Positions 49,780 to 59,744 of a DNA stretch of 64,000 bases are shown one piece after another. The stretch is from positions 64,001 through 128,000 of IMG/VR virus record IMGVR_UViG_3300026549_000029; one strand, 5' to 3'. The notes beneath the pieces were generated by a model that ran no database searches, was not told the origin of the DNA, and was given only the letters and a program-made list of their open reading frames with translations. The stretch is from a virus (Duplodnaviria; Caudoviricetes). The first letter of the stretch is position 1, and the number at the start of each line of letters is the position of its first letter. The position numbers and the translations under genes are program-made.

Positions 49780-50775
49780 ATGACTAATACAGAATCTATT
49801 TATTTACAAATGATTAAACCTACTATCATGAGTAGTTGTAATAAATATAGAATTTGTCCCTCAGTAATAGCAATGATTTCTATATTAAAATCTTCATTTA
49901 CTACTACTAGAGAAGCAGCATTTGCAAGAAATTTATTTAATTTGGTTATAGACAATTCATGGTTTGGAAAATGCTATTCTAAGACTTCTGGAAAAATATA
50001 TAATTCTAGAAGTGAATGTAAAGAAGTAGGGGCTATATTGTATAGAGCTTATAATAACTATAATCAATCTATAGAAGATTATGTAGAATATATAGCTACT
50101 AAAAAGAGATTTAAAGATGGTCCTATTAAATATCAAGCTATAATTAATGATTTTAATTATAAATCTTGCATTGATAAATTAGTTAGAGCAGGATTTATAC
50201 AAGATCAATTTAAATTAAATGATAATCCTATATTTATACAAGATAAATTGATTAATACTATAGAAAAATATGAATTATATACTTGGGATAATGAAATAGA
50301 ACCAGAAAAAATAATCGAAATTCAAAAAGAAAAAGAAGAGAATATTATTATGAATCCTATAAATATTTATAGAGTAAGATTAGATTGGGAAAAACCAGAT
50401 ACTCAGATTTGTGCTTCCATTAATTATGAAGATGCTTTAAAAGAAGCTATGCATCATCAAGGATATAAAGTATATATTAATGATGATGGTGAACTCTTCT
50501 TTGATCCATGGGATAATTCTGAGATTGTAGAACCTAGTGTTGATCCTATAGCAGTACCAGATATTATTCCTAAAGCTGGATTAGAAATTTATTTAGAAAA
50601 AAGAGCAGTATATAAAGATGCTAAAGCTGCTAAACCTGATAAGTATGTAACTGGTACTTTTTATTTTTATGATAATACTGCTTTTAATAAAAGAGCTAAG
50701 ATTACTAAAGTAAAAGGTATTAAATATATGAAACCAGATCCTGCTATGATATATGGATATATTAATATTGGATAA
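49780..50775 (+). CDS. Degenerate GH73 glucosaminidase-like protein with cell-wall-binding-type C-terminus
   Basis: PSVI...ILKSS, NLFNL, YRAY...SIEDY, KLI.TIEKYELYTWD; YRVRLDW...Q...GYKVY domain. Confidence 0.7.
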   Translation: MTNTESIYLQMIKPTIMSSCNKYRICPSVIAMISILKSSFTTTREAAFARNLFNLVIDNSWFGKCYSKTSGKIYNSRSECKEVGAILYRAYNNYNQSIEDYVEYIATKKRFKDGPIKYQAIINDFNYKSCIDKLVRAGFIQDQFKLNDNPIFIQDKLINTIEKYELYTWDNEIEPEKIIEIQKEKEENIIMNPINIYRVRLDWEKPDTQICASINYEDALKEAMHHQGYKVYINDDGELFFDPWDNSEIVEPSVDPIAVPDIIPKAGLEIYLEKRAVYKDAKAAKPDKYVTGTFYFYDNTAFNKRAKITKVKGIKYMKPDPAMIYGYINIG

Positions 50776-50787
50776 GGAGGTATTATT

Positions 50788-51414
50788 GTGGGCAAGATTT
50801 ATATGTTTGATAATAATACTGGAAGAGAATTACCTGATAAAGTAGATACCAGAAAAGTAGAAGTATTATTAGGATCTATTATTTCTGATATTCATAAACT
50901 TATTGAAAATAAATCTACTATGTTTTGTGTATTTACACGTATGAATGATTGTGATTTTGCTGTTCCTACAATAGCAGAAGCTCAGAAATTAAAAGAGATT
51001 TTAGGATTTGGCAATTATAATTATAAAGTTATTAATGCCCCTAATTCTGTATGGTATACAAATAAAGTAGATAAAAATATTATTATTTCTGATAAAGTAG
51101 ATCTTGATAAAGATAAACTTTCTTATCTATTGGCAATATATCTTAATATTATTGATAAAAATGGAAAGACTATTCCTAAACCTTCTGAAATGTATATTGT
51201 AAAAAATACAAGAAATTCTAATATCATCGAGAAGACTCCAGATTATAATGCTGCTGTACTTGCTTGTGATAGAAGCCCTTGTACAATAATTATTAAGAGA
51301 TCTACTAATGAAGTAATTTATAAATCTAAATATGGAAAAGTTGCAGTTCCATATACTCAGAAGAATGCTGGAACTAGATTTAAAAATAGAATTGGTATTA
51401 ATATTGGAGTATAA
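50788..51414 (+). CDS. hypothetical protein
   Basis: AAGGAGG RBS, GTG start. Confidence 0.8.
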   Translation: MGKIYMFDNNTGRELPDKVDTRKVEVLLGSIISDIHKLIENKSTMFCVFTRMNDCDFAVPTIAEAQKLKEILGFGNYNYKVINAPNSVWYTNKVDKNIIISDKVDLDKDKLSYLLAIYLNIIDKNGKTIPKPSEMYIVKNTRNSNIIEKTPDYNAAVLACDRSPCTIIIKRSTNEVIYKSKYGKVAVPYTQKNAGTRFKNRIGINIGV

Positions 51415-51456
51415 TATAAATTCCAAGAAGGATTTTATTCCTTCTTGGAATTATTT

Positions 51457-51900
51457 TTAATTTATTATAGTAGCAGAATTAATAACAAAGTATATAGTAT
51501 TGTATTCTCTATCTTCAATTTTAGGATAAATATACATACTCTCATCTAATACAAGAGTATATCTTTCTAAAGGTTCTCTATATTGAGCATATGTATATCT
51601 AGATTCTCTTAATTTAACAGTAGTACCAGATACTGTACCTTCCTCTAATGCTAGATTTCTTTCTGTTACAGGAGAAGGATGATTAGTATTATCATATCTA
51701 ACAAAATTGGTATTCTGCATTCTAGCTCTTAATATTCTTTGATAAATATCTTGAGCCATAGATACTTTTTCACCAGTATTTCTATTTACATAATATAATT
51801 CATAATTTGTATAGTCAAGAAGTAATTCTCCAAGTCTGGGATTACTTATATCATGATCTCTTAATGTTAAAGGATATGATCCTAATTCAGGTAGATGCAT
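51457..51900 (-). CDS. hypothetical protein (late class)
   Basis: AGGAG RBS; AACT-N6-TA upstream on the - strand. Confidence 0.8.
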   Translation of the reverse strand: MHLPELGSYPLTLRDHDISNPRLGELLLDYTNYELYYVNRNTGEKVSMAQDIYQRILRARMQNTNFVRYDNTNHPSPVTERNLALEEGTVSGTTVKLRESRYTYAQYREPLERYTLVLDESMYIYPKIEDREYNTIYFVINSATIIN

Positions 51901-51979
51901 TTTAAATCTCCTAAACTAATAATATTATATTGAAGTTAAAAATCCTAATAGGCTATAAAACCTATTAGGATTTAAAATT

Positions 51980-52444
51980 TTAACGATTCTTATCTTTTGT
52001 AATAGCATCAGAGATAGAGGAATTAACATTATTAGAAATATTAACACCTCTCATAGCCTTGACATAAGCTTTCTGTCCTTTAATAGCTGCCTTACTAGCT
52101 TTTGCACCATACTTATCAACAATCTTCTGTCTAGTCTGTTTACGAAGAAGCTGATACTTGACAAGCTTGGCATAAATAGGATCTTTCTTAGCTTTTGCCA
52201 TCATAATAGCTGCAATAACCATACGTCTCTTAGCATCAGCAGCCTTATCAAGACGAATTGCAGTTCTTTTATTAGAAAGAACCTTTGCTTCAAGAAGAGC
52301 ATCAGCAATACCACCAGGAGCACAGAACTCATGGATAGCATCTTCTCCATAATTATGAGTAAGATCATCAATCAGAAAAGCTTCAATAAGAGCATTCTCA
52401 TCAAGACCAAAGTACTCATCTTCATTATTAGAATAAAGTCCCAT
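51980..52444 (-). CDS. Probable virion protein (acidic N-terminus, basic helical C-terminus)
   Basis: AAGGA RBS; ...LLE|AKVL...MAKAKKDPIYAKL...KYG. Confidence 0.75.
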   Translation of the reverse strand: MGLYSNNEDEYFGLDENALIEAFLIDDLTHNYGEDAIHEFCAPGGIADALLEAKVLSNKRTAIRLDKAADAKRRMVIAAIMMAKAKKDPIYAKLVKYQLLRKQTRQKIVDKYGAKASKAAIKGQKAYVKAMRGVNISNNVNSSISDAITKDKNR

Positions 52445-52665
52445 AATTATTTTTTCCTTTCTACATGTAGAATGTTAAATCTAATTAGGATTAAATATTA
52501 TAATATTGATAATGAAATAACTGAGCTCGTTTATTATTTCACTTAACATAATACTAATTCTAATTATTATAGAAAAGTTGTAAATTAAAAATAATTATTG
52601 TATCTACTACTTATTACAAAACTTTTTAAATTTATATGGGCAAAACCCAAGAAAGGAAATTTGAT

Positions 52666-53328
52666 ATGAGTTACAATGGTAACAACAGAAGAAACTTTAA
52701 TAACAATAGAAACAATAATAACAGAAATTTTAATAATCGTAATAATAATAGAAATAATAATCAACAGAATGCTAAAAAGCAGGAAATTATTGCAAAACAG
52801 AAAAAGAATCTTGATATGATTGAAGCTGTTGCAGAGTATCTTAACAATATTGTTGCTGCTTCTGAAGTTGCAGCAGATAATACTGCTCCTGCACAGAAGA
52901 TTACTATGAAAGAGATTCTTGATTACCTTGTTAATAATAAGGGTTTTGCTCAGGATGATACTAAAGCTGTTTCTCAGTTTAATTATATTATGATGGATCT
53001 TGCTAATGCCCAGAAGAGCGGATTCATTAATGGAAATAGAATTAATATCCGTATTCTTTATATTCAGGAAAGATTGAAGACTTCCTTTAAGAAGGAACTT
53101 CATCCTACTATTGATAAGATTATGGAAGATTATTCTAATCTTTTTCTTTGGAATGAAGATAATAAGTCTGAAGATTCTCCTATCGAAGTAGTTCCTACTG
53201 ATGAAGGTGCTCCTCTTGCTCCTACTGCAGGAGAAACTATTTCTACTGAAGAAGTTGTAGAAGAGAAAGTTAGTGAGGAACCTACTACTGAAGTAGTAGA
53301 AGAGGTTAAGGAAACTGTAGAAGCATAA
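52666..53328 (+). CDS. hypothetical protein with N/R-rich N-terminus and acidic tail
   Basis: Likely start ATG52666 after AAGGA; both promoter motifs upstream (52496, 52545). Confidence 0.8.
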   Translation: MSYNGNNRRNFNNNRNNNNRNFNNRNNNRNNNQQNAKKQEIIAKQKKNLDMIEAVAEYLNNIVAASEVAADNTAPAQKITMKEILDYLVNNKGFAQDDTKAVSQFNYIMMDLANAQKSGFINGNRINIRILYIQERLKTSFKKELHPTIDKIMEDYSNLFLWNEDNKSEDSPIEVVPTDEGAPLAPTAGETISTEEVVEEKVSEEPTTEVVEEVKETVEA

Positions 53329-53348
53329 GAAAAGAGAGGTAAATATAT

Positions 53349-53846
53349 ATGGCTAAAGTTAATCTTTCTTCCCCTTGGTCTAATTATTATAAAGAGATTA
53401 ATGCTCTTTTTGGATTAGATCCTGATATTAATGTTGTATTTGATGAAGAGAATTATATTGTTAAACTTTATGTAGATGGAGAAGTTAAGGCTAATGCTAT
53501 TGAGCAGATTCTTCCTCAGGAAAAAGAGTTTGGTAATGTAACAGTTACTATTCAGGTTATTCCTGCAAATAAGACTAGCAAAACTCGTGCAGATTTGTTT
53601 GAAGCCGCTTTTAGAGGAAATCCTGCATTCTCTTATATCCAGACTATTGAAGGACCTTTTACTAATCCAATTAGTTATGTAGTATTTAAGAATGCTGTTG
53701 TTCAGTATTTTACAGATAATCTTGGTGATATTCATGGACTTAGATCCACTTTATATCAGGAGATTGCTAGAGAAATTATTGGCGTAGATGAAGAAGGGAT
53801 TTATTTCTGTACTGATGTAGCAGAGGAAGATACTGATAAGGAATAA
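53349..53846 (+). CDS. conserved hypothetical phage protein
   Basis: GAGG RBS; LSSPW...ALF..DP. Confidence 0.8.
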   Translation: MAKVNLSSPWSNYYKEINALFGLDPDINVVFDEENYIVKLYVDGEVKANAIEQILPQEKEFGNVTVTIQVIPANKTSKTRADLFEAAFRGNPAFSYIQTIEGPFTNPISYVVFKNAVVQYFTDNLGDIHGLRSTLYQEIAREIIGVDEEGIYFCTDVAEEDTDKE

Positions 53847-53852
53847 AAAATT

Positions 53853-54338
53853 ATGCCTGCAAATAAATATATTGAAAAAGATACTCAAGGTGAATTTTTT
53901 AATCCCGTTTCATCAACAGTAAAAGTAAATCCTGATTGTAATTGTGATTGTAATAATAGATCTTCTTCATCTGGAGATGAGAATTATGAAAGATGGAGAT
54001 GGTTAATTGATAATTGGGATAAAATGAGTTTTAAAGAAAGATTAGCTTTATTTTATCCTTATATGCATTATGTAAATACAAGAGATAACTACAAGAAAGA
54101 TTTTGATGAAAGATTTCAGTTTGAAATGATTGAAACTGGATATAAAACTTGTAGAATGTTTGATAAATTGAAATTCGATCCCGATGGTCAAGGAATTCCT
54201 AATATGATTATGGTTTTTAAGCCTATTATTATTGAACAGATTCCTGATGTTGAAATTAGGAATAAAGTAATAACTTGGGCTAATAATATGAAACTTATTA
54301 ACTGTGTATCATGCATGACAAACAAAAATAATAATTAA
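53853..54338 (+). CDS. hypothetical protein
   Basis: AAGGA RBS; terminator 54345-54373. Confidence 0.8.
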   Translation: MPANKYIEKDTQGEFFNPVSSTVKVNPDCNCDCNNRSSSSGDENYERWRWLIDNWDKMSFKERLALFYPYMHYVNTRDNYKKDFDERFQFEMIETGYKTCRMFDKLKFDPDGQGIPNMIMVFKPIIIEQIPDVEIRNKVITWANNMKLINCVSCMTNKNNN

Positions 54339-54411
54339 AAAATTGCCCTAAGTGTAAAAATACACTTAGGGCTTAATATTATATTAAAAATAAATAGGAG
54401 GATATATTTTA

Positions 54412-54735
54412 GTGAAAATAAAGCAAAAATTTAATAAAATAAATTTTCTAAATATAATAGCTTTTCTATATGAATATTCTGGTTTAATTGTATTAATAGG
54501 TATAATAATATTTATTATAGTTAATTTAATAATTCATAATTTTATTGGTAATCAATCTATTATAGATACTAAATATCATTTTCATACAGCTATAATAAAA
54601 TTACCTAATGATGAAATAGTAGAAGGTGAAATTAAAAATTGGAAAGATTATAGTAATTCTGATCAGATACAGATTACATTTGAAGATGGTACTACTTATT
54701 TGGTTCATTCAAATAATGCAGCACTGATATATTGA
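54412..54735 (+). CDS. Small membrane-anchored phage protein
   Basis: One TM segment, then IIKLPN.EIVEG...W.DY..SDQIQ...G.TYLVH. Confidence 0.75.
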   Translation: MKIKQKFNKINFLNIIAFLYEYSGLIVLIGIIIFIIVNLIIHNFIGNQSIIDTKYHFHTAIIKLPNDEIVEGEIKNWKDYSNSDQIQITFEDGTTYLVHSNNAALIY

Positions 54736-54760
54736 TAAGAATGAAAAGAGGAAATTATTA

Positions 54761-55186
54761 ATGAATAAAATAAATGTAAAAGATCATCCTATATTAGTAC
54801 AATATAGAGATACAATGACTAGAATATTAAATTCTAAATATCCTTTAATGAATAAAAATGATATAGAAAAAGCAGTAGAATTTTCTATACAGAAAAGATT
54901 TAAAGATTTTAATCTCAGTATACAAAATAAGTATATTGGAAAAACTGTCGATATGACAGCATTAGCCATGCTAGATTATATAAGGAATAGAGAGCCTATT
55001 ATAACTAGCTATGGTACAATGTTTAGAAAACACGATACTGTACCTAATCCAATGGGTAAAGTTATTCAAAGTTTTCTTGATTTAAGAAAAGCTCAAAAGA
55101 AAGAAATGTTCAAATATCCTAAAGGAAGTGAGATGTTTGAACGATGGAATTTATTACAAAACTTATCTAAAATTGATACAAATGGT
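54761..55186 (+). CDS. Family-B DNA polymerase (phiKZ/AR9-like polymerase subunit), exon 1
   Basis: LDLRKAQKKEM...Q...KIDTNG is the first half of motif B. Confidence 0.88.
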
Positions 55187-55552
55187 TAATAATATAGCCC
55201 ACTTATTAGGAAACTAATAGGTTGAATACCAAGAAATTGCTGGAAAATCCTAAAGCTCTCTTGCCTATATGGAGTGAAAACAGAAATAAGTAGAGAGATG
55301 AACTATGGTGAAATAAAAGCTCTTAATATAATAAGAGTCCTAAGGTTTATTAATAATGGATGATCAGCAGCCAAGCTCTATATTATTATATAGAGAAGGT
55401 TCAACGACTAATTGTAAGGCTCAAGTGAGTCTGAAAACTTGGTACACCTAACCTAGAAATAGTATGGTGAAGATATAGTCTGTCCTTTAAGGAAATCTTA
55501 AAGAAGTTCATAAGAGAACTACATAGATTAACGACCTATGTGAACATAAGAG
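55187..55552 (+). ncRNA. Group I intron 1 of the DNA polymerase gene (366 nt, no ORF)
   Basis: P1 GGU/GCC with U.G; P3 UACCAAG/CUUGGUA; P4 UUGCUG/CAGCAG; P7 GACUA (55406-10)/UAGUC (55476-80); terminal G55552. Confidence 0.92.
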
Positions 55553-55562
55553 ATTTACGGTT
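55553..55562 (+). CDS. DNA polymerase 10-nt micro-exon (ATTTACGGTT = I-Y-G + first base of L)
   Basis: Supplies the invariant YG of motif B and restores the reading frame between exons 1 and 3. Confidence 0.88.
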
Positions 55563-55877
55563 TAACATATTAGACCTCTTATATAGAAATATATAAGTAA
55601 AAACAGGGTTAAAATTGGAAGAAGGTTAGATTGGCCATCTAATATTCAATCAATTACGAACACTACTTTTAGTAGGGACGTTTAACGACTATCCTCTTAA
55701 GAGGAGTAGGGCTCAAGCGAGCGTGGCATTCTTGTAAATGTAAGTCCACTTAATTCGAAAATCCTGCACCTAAACCTAATTATTTGGCATGGTGATTATA
55801 TAGTCTCAGCATTCAGGTAACACTTGAAGAAGTTCATAAGAGAACTGCACAGATTAGCGACCTGTGTGAAGATACTG
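55563..55877 (+). ncRNA. Group I intron 2 of the DNA polymerase gene (315 nt, no ORF)
   Basis: P1 GGUU/GACC with U55562.G55573; P3 CAGGGUU/AAUCCUG; P7 GACUA (55687-91)/UAGUC (55801-05); terminal G55877. Confidence 0.9.
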
Positions 55878-57688
55878 TGATTGGCCTTTATGTTTCTATC
55901 CTTTTTGATCTTAATATAGCACCAGCAGTTACTTCTACTGGTAGATCCCTTATATCTTCTGCTATATTATGTTTTGAAGGATTTCTTGGAAATAATGTAA
56001 AATTTTCATCTTTAAATGATATTCTTATTTTTATAGATAATGTAAGATTAGAATATTCATCTTGGCAGTATAATGATTATGAGGTTCTTCCTACAGAAGG
56101 ATTTGTATCTTTAGAAGAAGCTTTTACTAAACTTATCTTAAATTGTGGATATAAGTATACACCTTCTTATGAAGATATGGATACTGTATATCGTATATTA
56201 CAGTCCTGCAATCAAATAGAGTTAAATAGATTATTTTATAAGAATAATTTATACTGCTTTATGGATCTTCCTATAGCAAGAAATCTTATGATATCTATTA
56301 TAACTAATATGCAGACTCCTTATATAGAACCTGCAAAACCACCTAAAGAAATTGTTCCTCAATTAAATGAGTTAAGAGATCTATTAGTAGAATATGTATT
56401 CTATAATCATCAATGGATGGATAGAATGGATAGAAATAAGAATATGATTAAGAATGTTTCTATTGTATCTGATACTGATTCATCTTTTGTATCTTTAGAT
56501 GCATGGTATCATTATAATATGACATATCTTAAAGATTATGATTCTCCTATTTTACATCAGAAGATAGACCTCTTTATGAAATTAGAGAAAGAGAAGAAAT
56601 CTGATTATTGGAAAGATAAAGAAATTCCAGAATGGTATAATGCTATTAATAAAACAGAAGTAGTAGAGTTTTTAGATACTGATGAATTTGGAGATCTTAA
56701 AGATCTATCTAGATTAAATGGAATAGAATTTCTTGATAATGAAAAAGACTATGATTTTTATAATCAAGAGATTATAGAAAAGAAAAGATTAATAAATGCT
56801 TTAGAGATTATACCACAAGATAATTTAAAGTTTGCTTTAATAAATATTATGTGTTATATTTTATCTACTATTATTAATCTCTATATGATTGATTTTACTA
56901 AACAGTCTGGATCTTATAGATCAGACGAATTATGTAGAATCAATATGAAAAACGAGTTTATGATGTCCAGGATCATGTTATGTACAACGAAAAAAAATTA
57001 TGCATCCTTACAAATTTTGCAAGAAGGAAATTATCTTGGTGGAGTACTTGATGTAAAAGGAATTCCTTGTTTAACAAAATCTGTTATATCTAAAGATACA
57101 CAGAAAGCTTTAAGAAAGATTTTATTAGAAGATATTCTTACAGGAAAAGTAGATCAATTAAAATTAATAAAAGATATAGCTATACTTGAAAGAGAAATTT
57201 ATAATGATCTTAAAAGTGGTAGCAAAAAATATTTTAAACCTGCAATAATTAGAGATATTGATAATTATGAAACTCCACTTAGAATACAAGGGATTAAAGC
57301 AGCTATTGCATGGAACTATGTTAGAACAGGACTTCCTGGATTTGATTTAACTAATAGAAATTCTTTAGATATAGTAAAAATTAAAATAGATAAAAATTCT
57401 GTAATTAAAATAAGAGATCAATATCCTGCACAATATGAAAAATTTTGTGATATATTAGAATCTAAAAATAATATACAATTAGAAGGATTTAATTTACATG
57501 AAATATTTGGAGGAAAATTAGAGAATATTGCTATTCCTAAAGACCTTCCAGTTCCAGAATGGTTAATTCCTTTTATTGATTATGAATCTATTATTAATGA
57601 TAATTTAGCTACATTTCCTGTAGAATCTATAGGTTTAGGCAGTTTTGGTAATAAAAAACCTAACTATAATAATGTGGTAAAATTATAA
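55878..57688 (+). CDS. Family-B DNA polymerase, exon 3 (spliced product 748 aa)
   Basis: LIG...IAPAVTSTGR, motif C SDTDS, KKNY...DVKG. Confidence 0.9.
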
Positions 57689-57749
57689 ATATTAAATTTA
57701 ATAGGTAGGAATAAATTTATTCCTACCTATTAAATAAAAGGATAAAAAT

Positions 57750-58928
57750 ATGATTATAGATAAAAATGGAAATAAACATGTAGAAATAGGTGATAAATAT
57801 GGTAAACTTACTGTGATAGAAAAATCTAATAATGATTATATAACTTCATTCGGATATCATATTCCAAAATATATATGTAAATGTGAATGTGGTAATTATA
57901 CAGAAATATTAGAATATAGTTTAACAAATAATCGTACAAAATCATGTGGCCATTGTAGTAATATTCATATTGGAGATAAATTTGGAAAATTAACAGTATT
58001 AGAAAAAGATAAAAATGATTGTATATTACCATCAGGAAGGCATATTCCAAAATATATATGTAAATGTGAATGTGGCAATATAATATCTGTATTAAAATAT
58101 ACTTTACTTAGAAATCAAAAATTATCATGTGGTAATTGTAATTCAATTCATATTGGAGATAAATTTGGAAAATTAACAGTAATATCTAAAGCCAGTGATT
58201 ATATAAATCCTAATTCTGGAAATTGTATTAAAAGATGGCTTTGCAAATGTGAGTGCGGTAATACTACAATAGTAAGAGATAATGATTTAAAACGTGGTAT
58301 AACTAAATCATGTGGATGCTTGATTATTGAACAATTAAAAAAGAGAAATAGTACTCATTTATTATCTAATACACTATTATATAGAGAATATAGTAGTATG
58401 ATACAAAGATGCTATAACCCAAACAATATTAGATATCCAGAATATGGTCAAAGAGGAATACAAGTTTGTAGAGAATGGTATAATTCAGATTATAAAAAAG
58501 GATTTGATCCAGAATGTATTAATATATTTTATAATTGGGCAATAAATAATGGGTATAAAGAAGGTTTAACTATTGATCGAATCAATGTTAATGGTAATTA
58601 TGAACCTAGTAATTGTAGATGGATACCAAAAGAATATCAAGCACATAATAGAAGAAATAGTATAAAAATAAATCTTAATGGAGAAATATATGATATAGGA
58701 CAAATTTCTAGTATATTAGGTATAGATTATATGTTTTTATATCATCGATTAAAGAAGAATAATTATAATTTATCTTCTTTATTTACTTATATTACAGATC
58801 AATATGGTAATACTAGACCTTATATATTAGATAAATATAATAATCCTATACCTATTAATATTATATACTTTATAGATGAATATGGATTTCCTATATCACA
58901 AGATAAGATAAATGAATCTAATATCTAA
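57750..58928 (+). CDS. Free-standing HNH endonuclease with three Cys-rich N-terminal repeats
   Basis: 3 x IGDK(F/Y)GKLTV...CKCECGN...SCG; MIQRC, YGQRGI.VC.EW, LTIDRINVNGNYEPSNCRW. Confidence 0.9.
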   Translation: MIIDKNGNKHVEIGDKYGKLTVIEKSNNDYITSFGYHIPKYICKCECGNYTEILEYSLTNNRTKSCGHCSNIHIGDKFGKLTVLEKDKNDCILPSGRHIPKYICKCECGNIISVLKYTLLRNQKLSCGNCNSIHIGDKFGKLTVISKASDYINPNSGNCIKRWLCKCECGNTTIVRDNDLKRGITKSCGCLIIEQLKKRNSTHLLSNTLLYREYSSMIQRCYNPNNIRYPEYGQRGIQVCREWYNSDYKKGFDPECINIFYNWAINNGYKEGLTIDRINVNGNYEPSNCRWIPKEYQAHNRRNSIKINLNGEIYDIGQISSILGIDYMFLYHRLKKNNYNLSSLFTYITDQYGNTRPYILDKYNNPIPINIIYFIDEYGFPISQDKINESNI

Positions 58929-59096
58929 ATTATAATAAAGAAAATATTATAATAGTGAATGAAATTAACTTATTCACTATTATAATTATATAAGGATAAA
59001 ATAAAATGACAAATTATATTATGGAAATAACCGAAGAAGAGAAAAATATTTTTAAAGAGATTATTAAATATAAATATTTTGAAGAGGGATAAAAAT

Positions 59097-59465
59097 ATGA
59101 AATTTTGGATTATTCATGAAGATTATTATGAAGATTTAAAACTTTATGATCCTATAGAAAATAGTGATATTATTTATGTCGCTAAAAGTGAAGAAGAAGC
59201 AAATAATTATATAGATAATCTTTATAATAAAAATTTAGATCTTATTATTGAATCAAATGAAAAATCTAAAACGTTTAGAAGTACAATATCTGATCTAATG
59301 GCTGAAAAGAAAAGAAGAAAAAATAATATAGTATCTACTATTAAATATTATTCTATTGCTTGCCATAAACTTTGTAAAGATAAAGAAGGCAATGAATATA
59401 TGAAACTTACTAGTGTAAATAATTATGTTTATAATATTATTGAAATTGAAATAAAAGAAGGTTAA
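59097..59465 (+). CDS. hypothetical protein
   Basis: Likely start ATG59097 after GAGGG; preceded by a 28-codon ORF at 59006-59092. Confidence 0.7.
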   Translation: MKFWIIHEDYYEDLKLYDPIENSDIIYVAKSEEEANNYIDNLYNKNLDLIIESNEKSKTFRSTISDLMAEKKRRKNNIVSTIKYYSIACHKLCKDKEGNEYMKLTSVNNYVYNIIEIEIKEG

Positions 59466-59510
59466 TCCTTCTTTTATTTTTAATATTTTCAATAATATAT
59501 AATAAATATG

Positions 59511-59643
59511 AATAAATTGGATGGCCCTGAGAGTAATCGAGGTGAGCGATTATGGAGAAATTCTCCCTGGGTTAGAGTACACGACCCGGAGATATTGGCT
59601 ACGGTCAAATATGTGTACTACCTCTCCATACATCCAATTTATT
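59511..59643 (+). ncRNA. Candidate ~130-nt pseudoknotted ncRNA
   Basis: GC-rich island; 13-bp closing stem, internal stems, cUACGg tetraloop, 7-bp loop pseudoknot; promoter motif before and T run after. Confidence 0.7.
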
Positions 59644-59744
59644 TTTTTTATTAAATATATTTTTTTATTAAATAAATGATTTCTAATATTTTCTATAAAA
59701 AGATATTATAATATTGAAACAAAATATGAAAGGAGAATGTTACT

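Noticed and set aside
55877-55879. GTG start of an independent 603-aa polymerase ORF
   Set aside because: No RBS; G55877 is best explained as the intron's terminal G, and the ORF would begin in the middle of motif B.
59527-59561. Hammerhead ribozyme (CUGAGA...stem...GAAA)
   Set aside because: The core is CUGA-GA rather than CUGANGA, the stem is followed by GGAGAAA, and I could not build stems I/III with a cleavage triplet.
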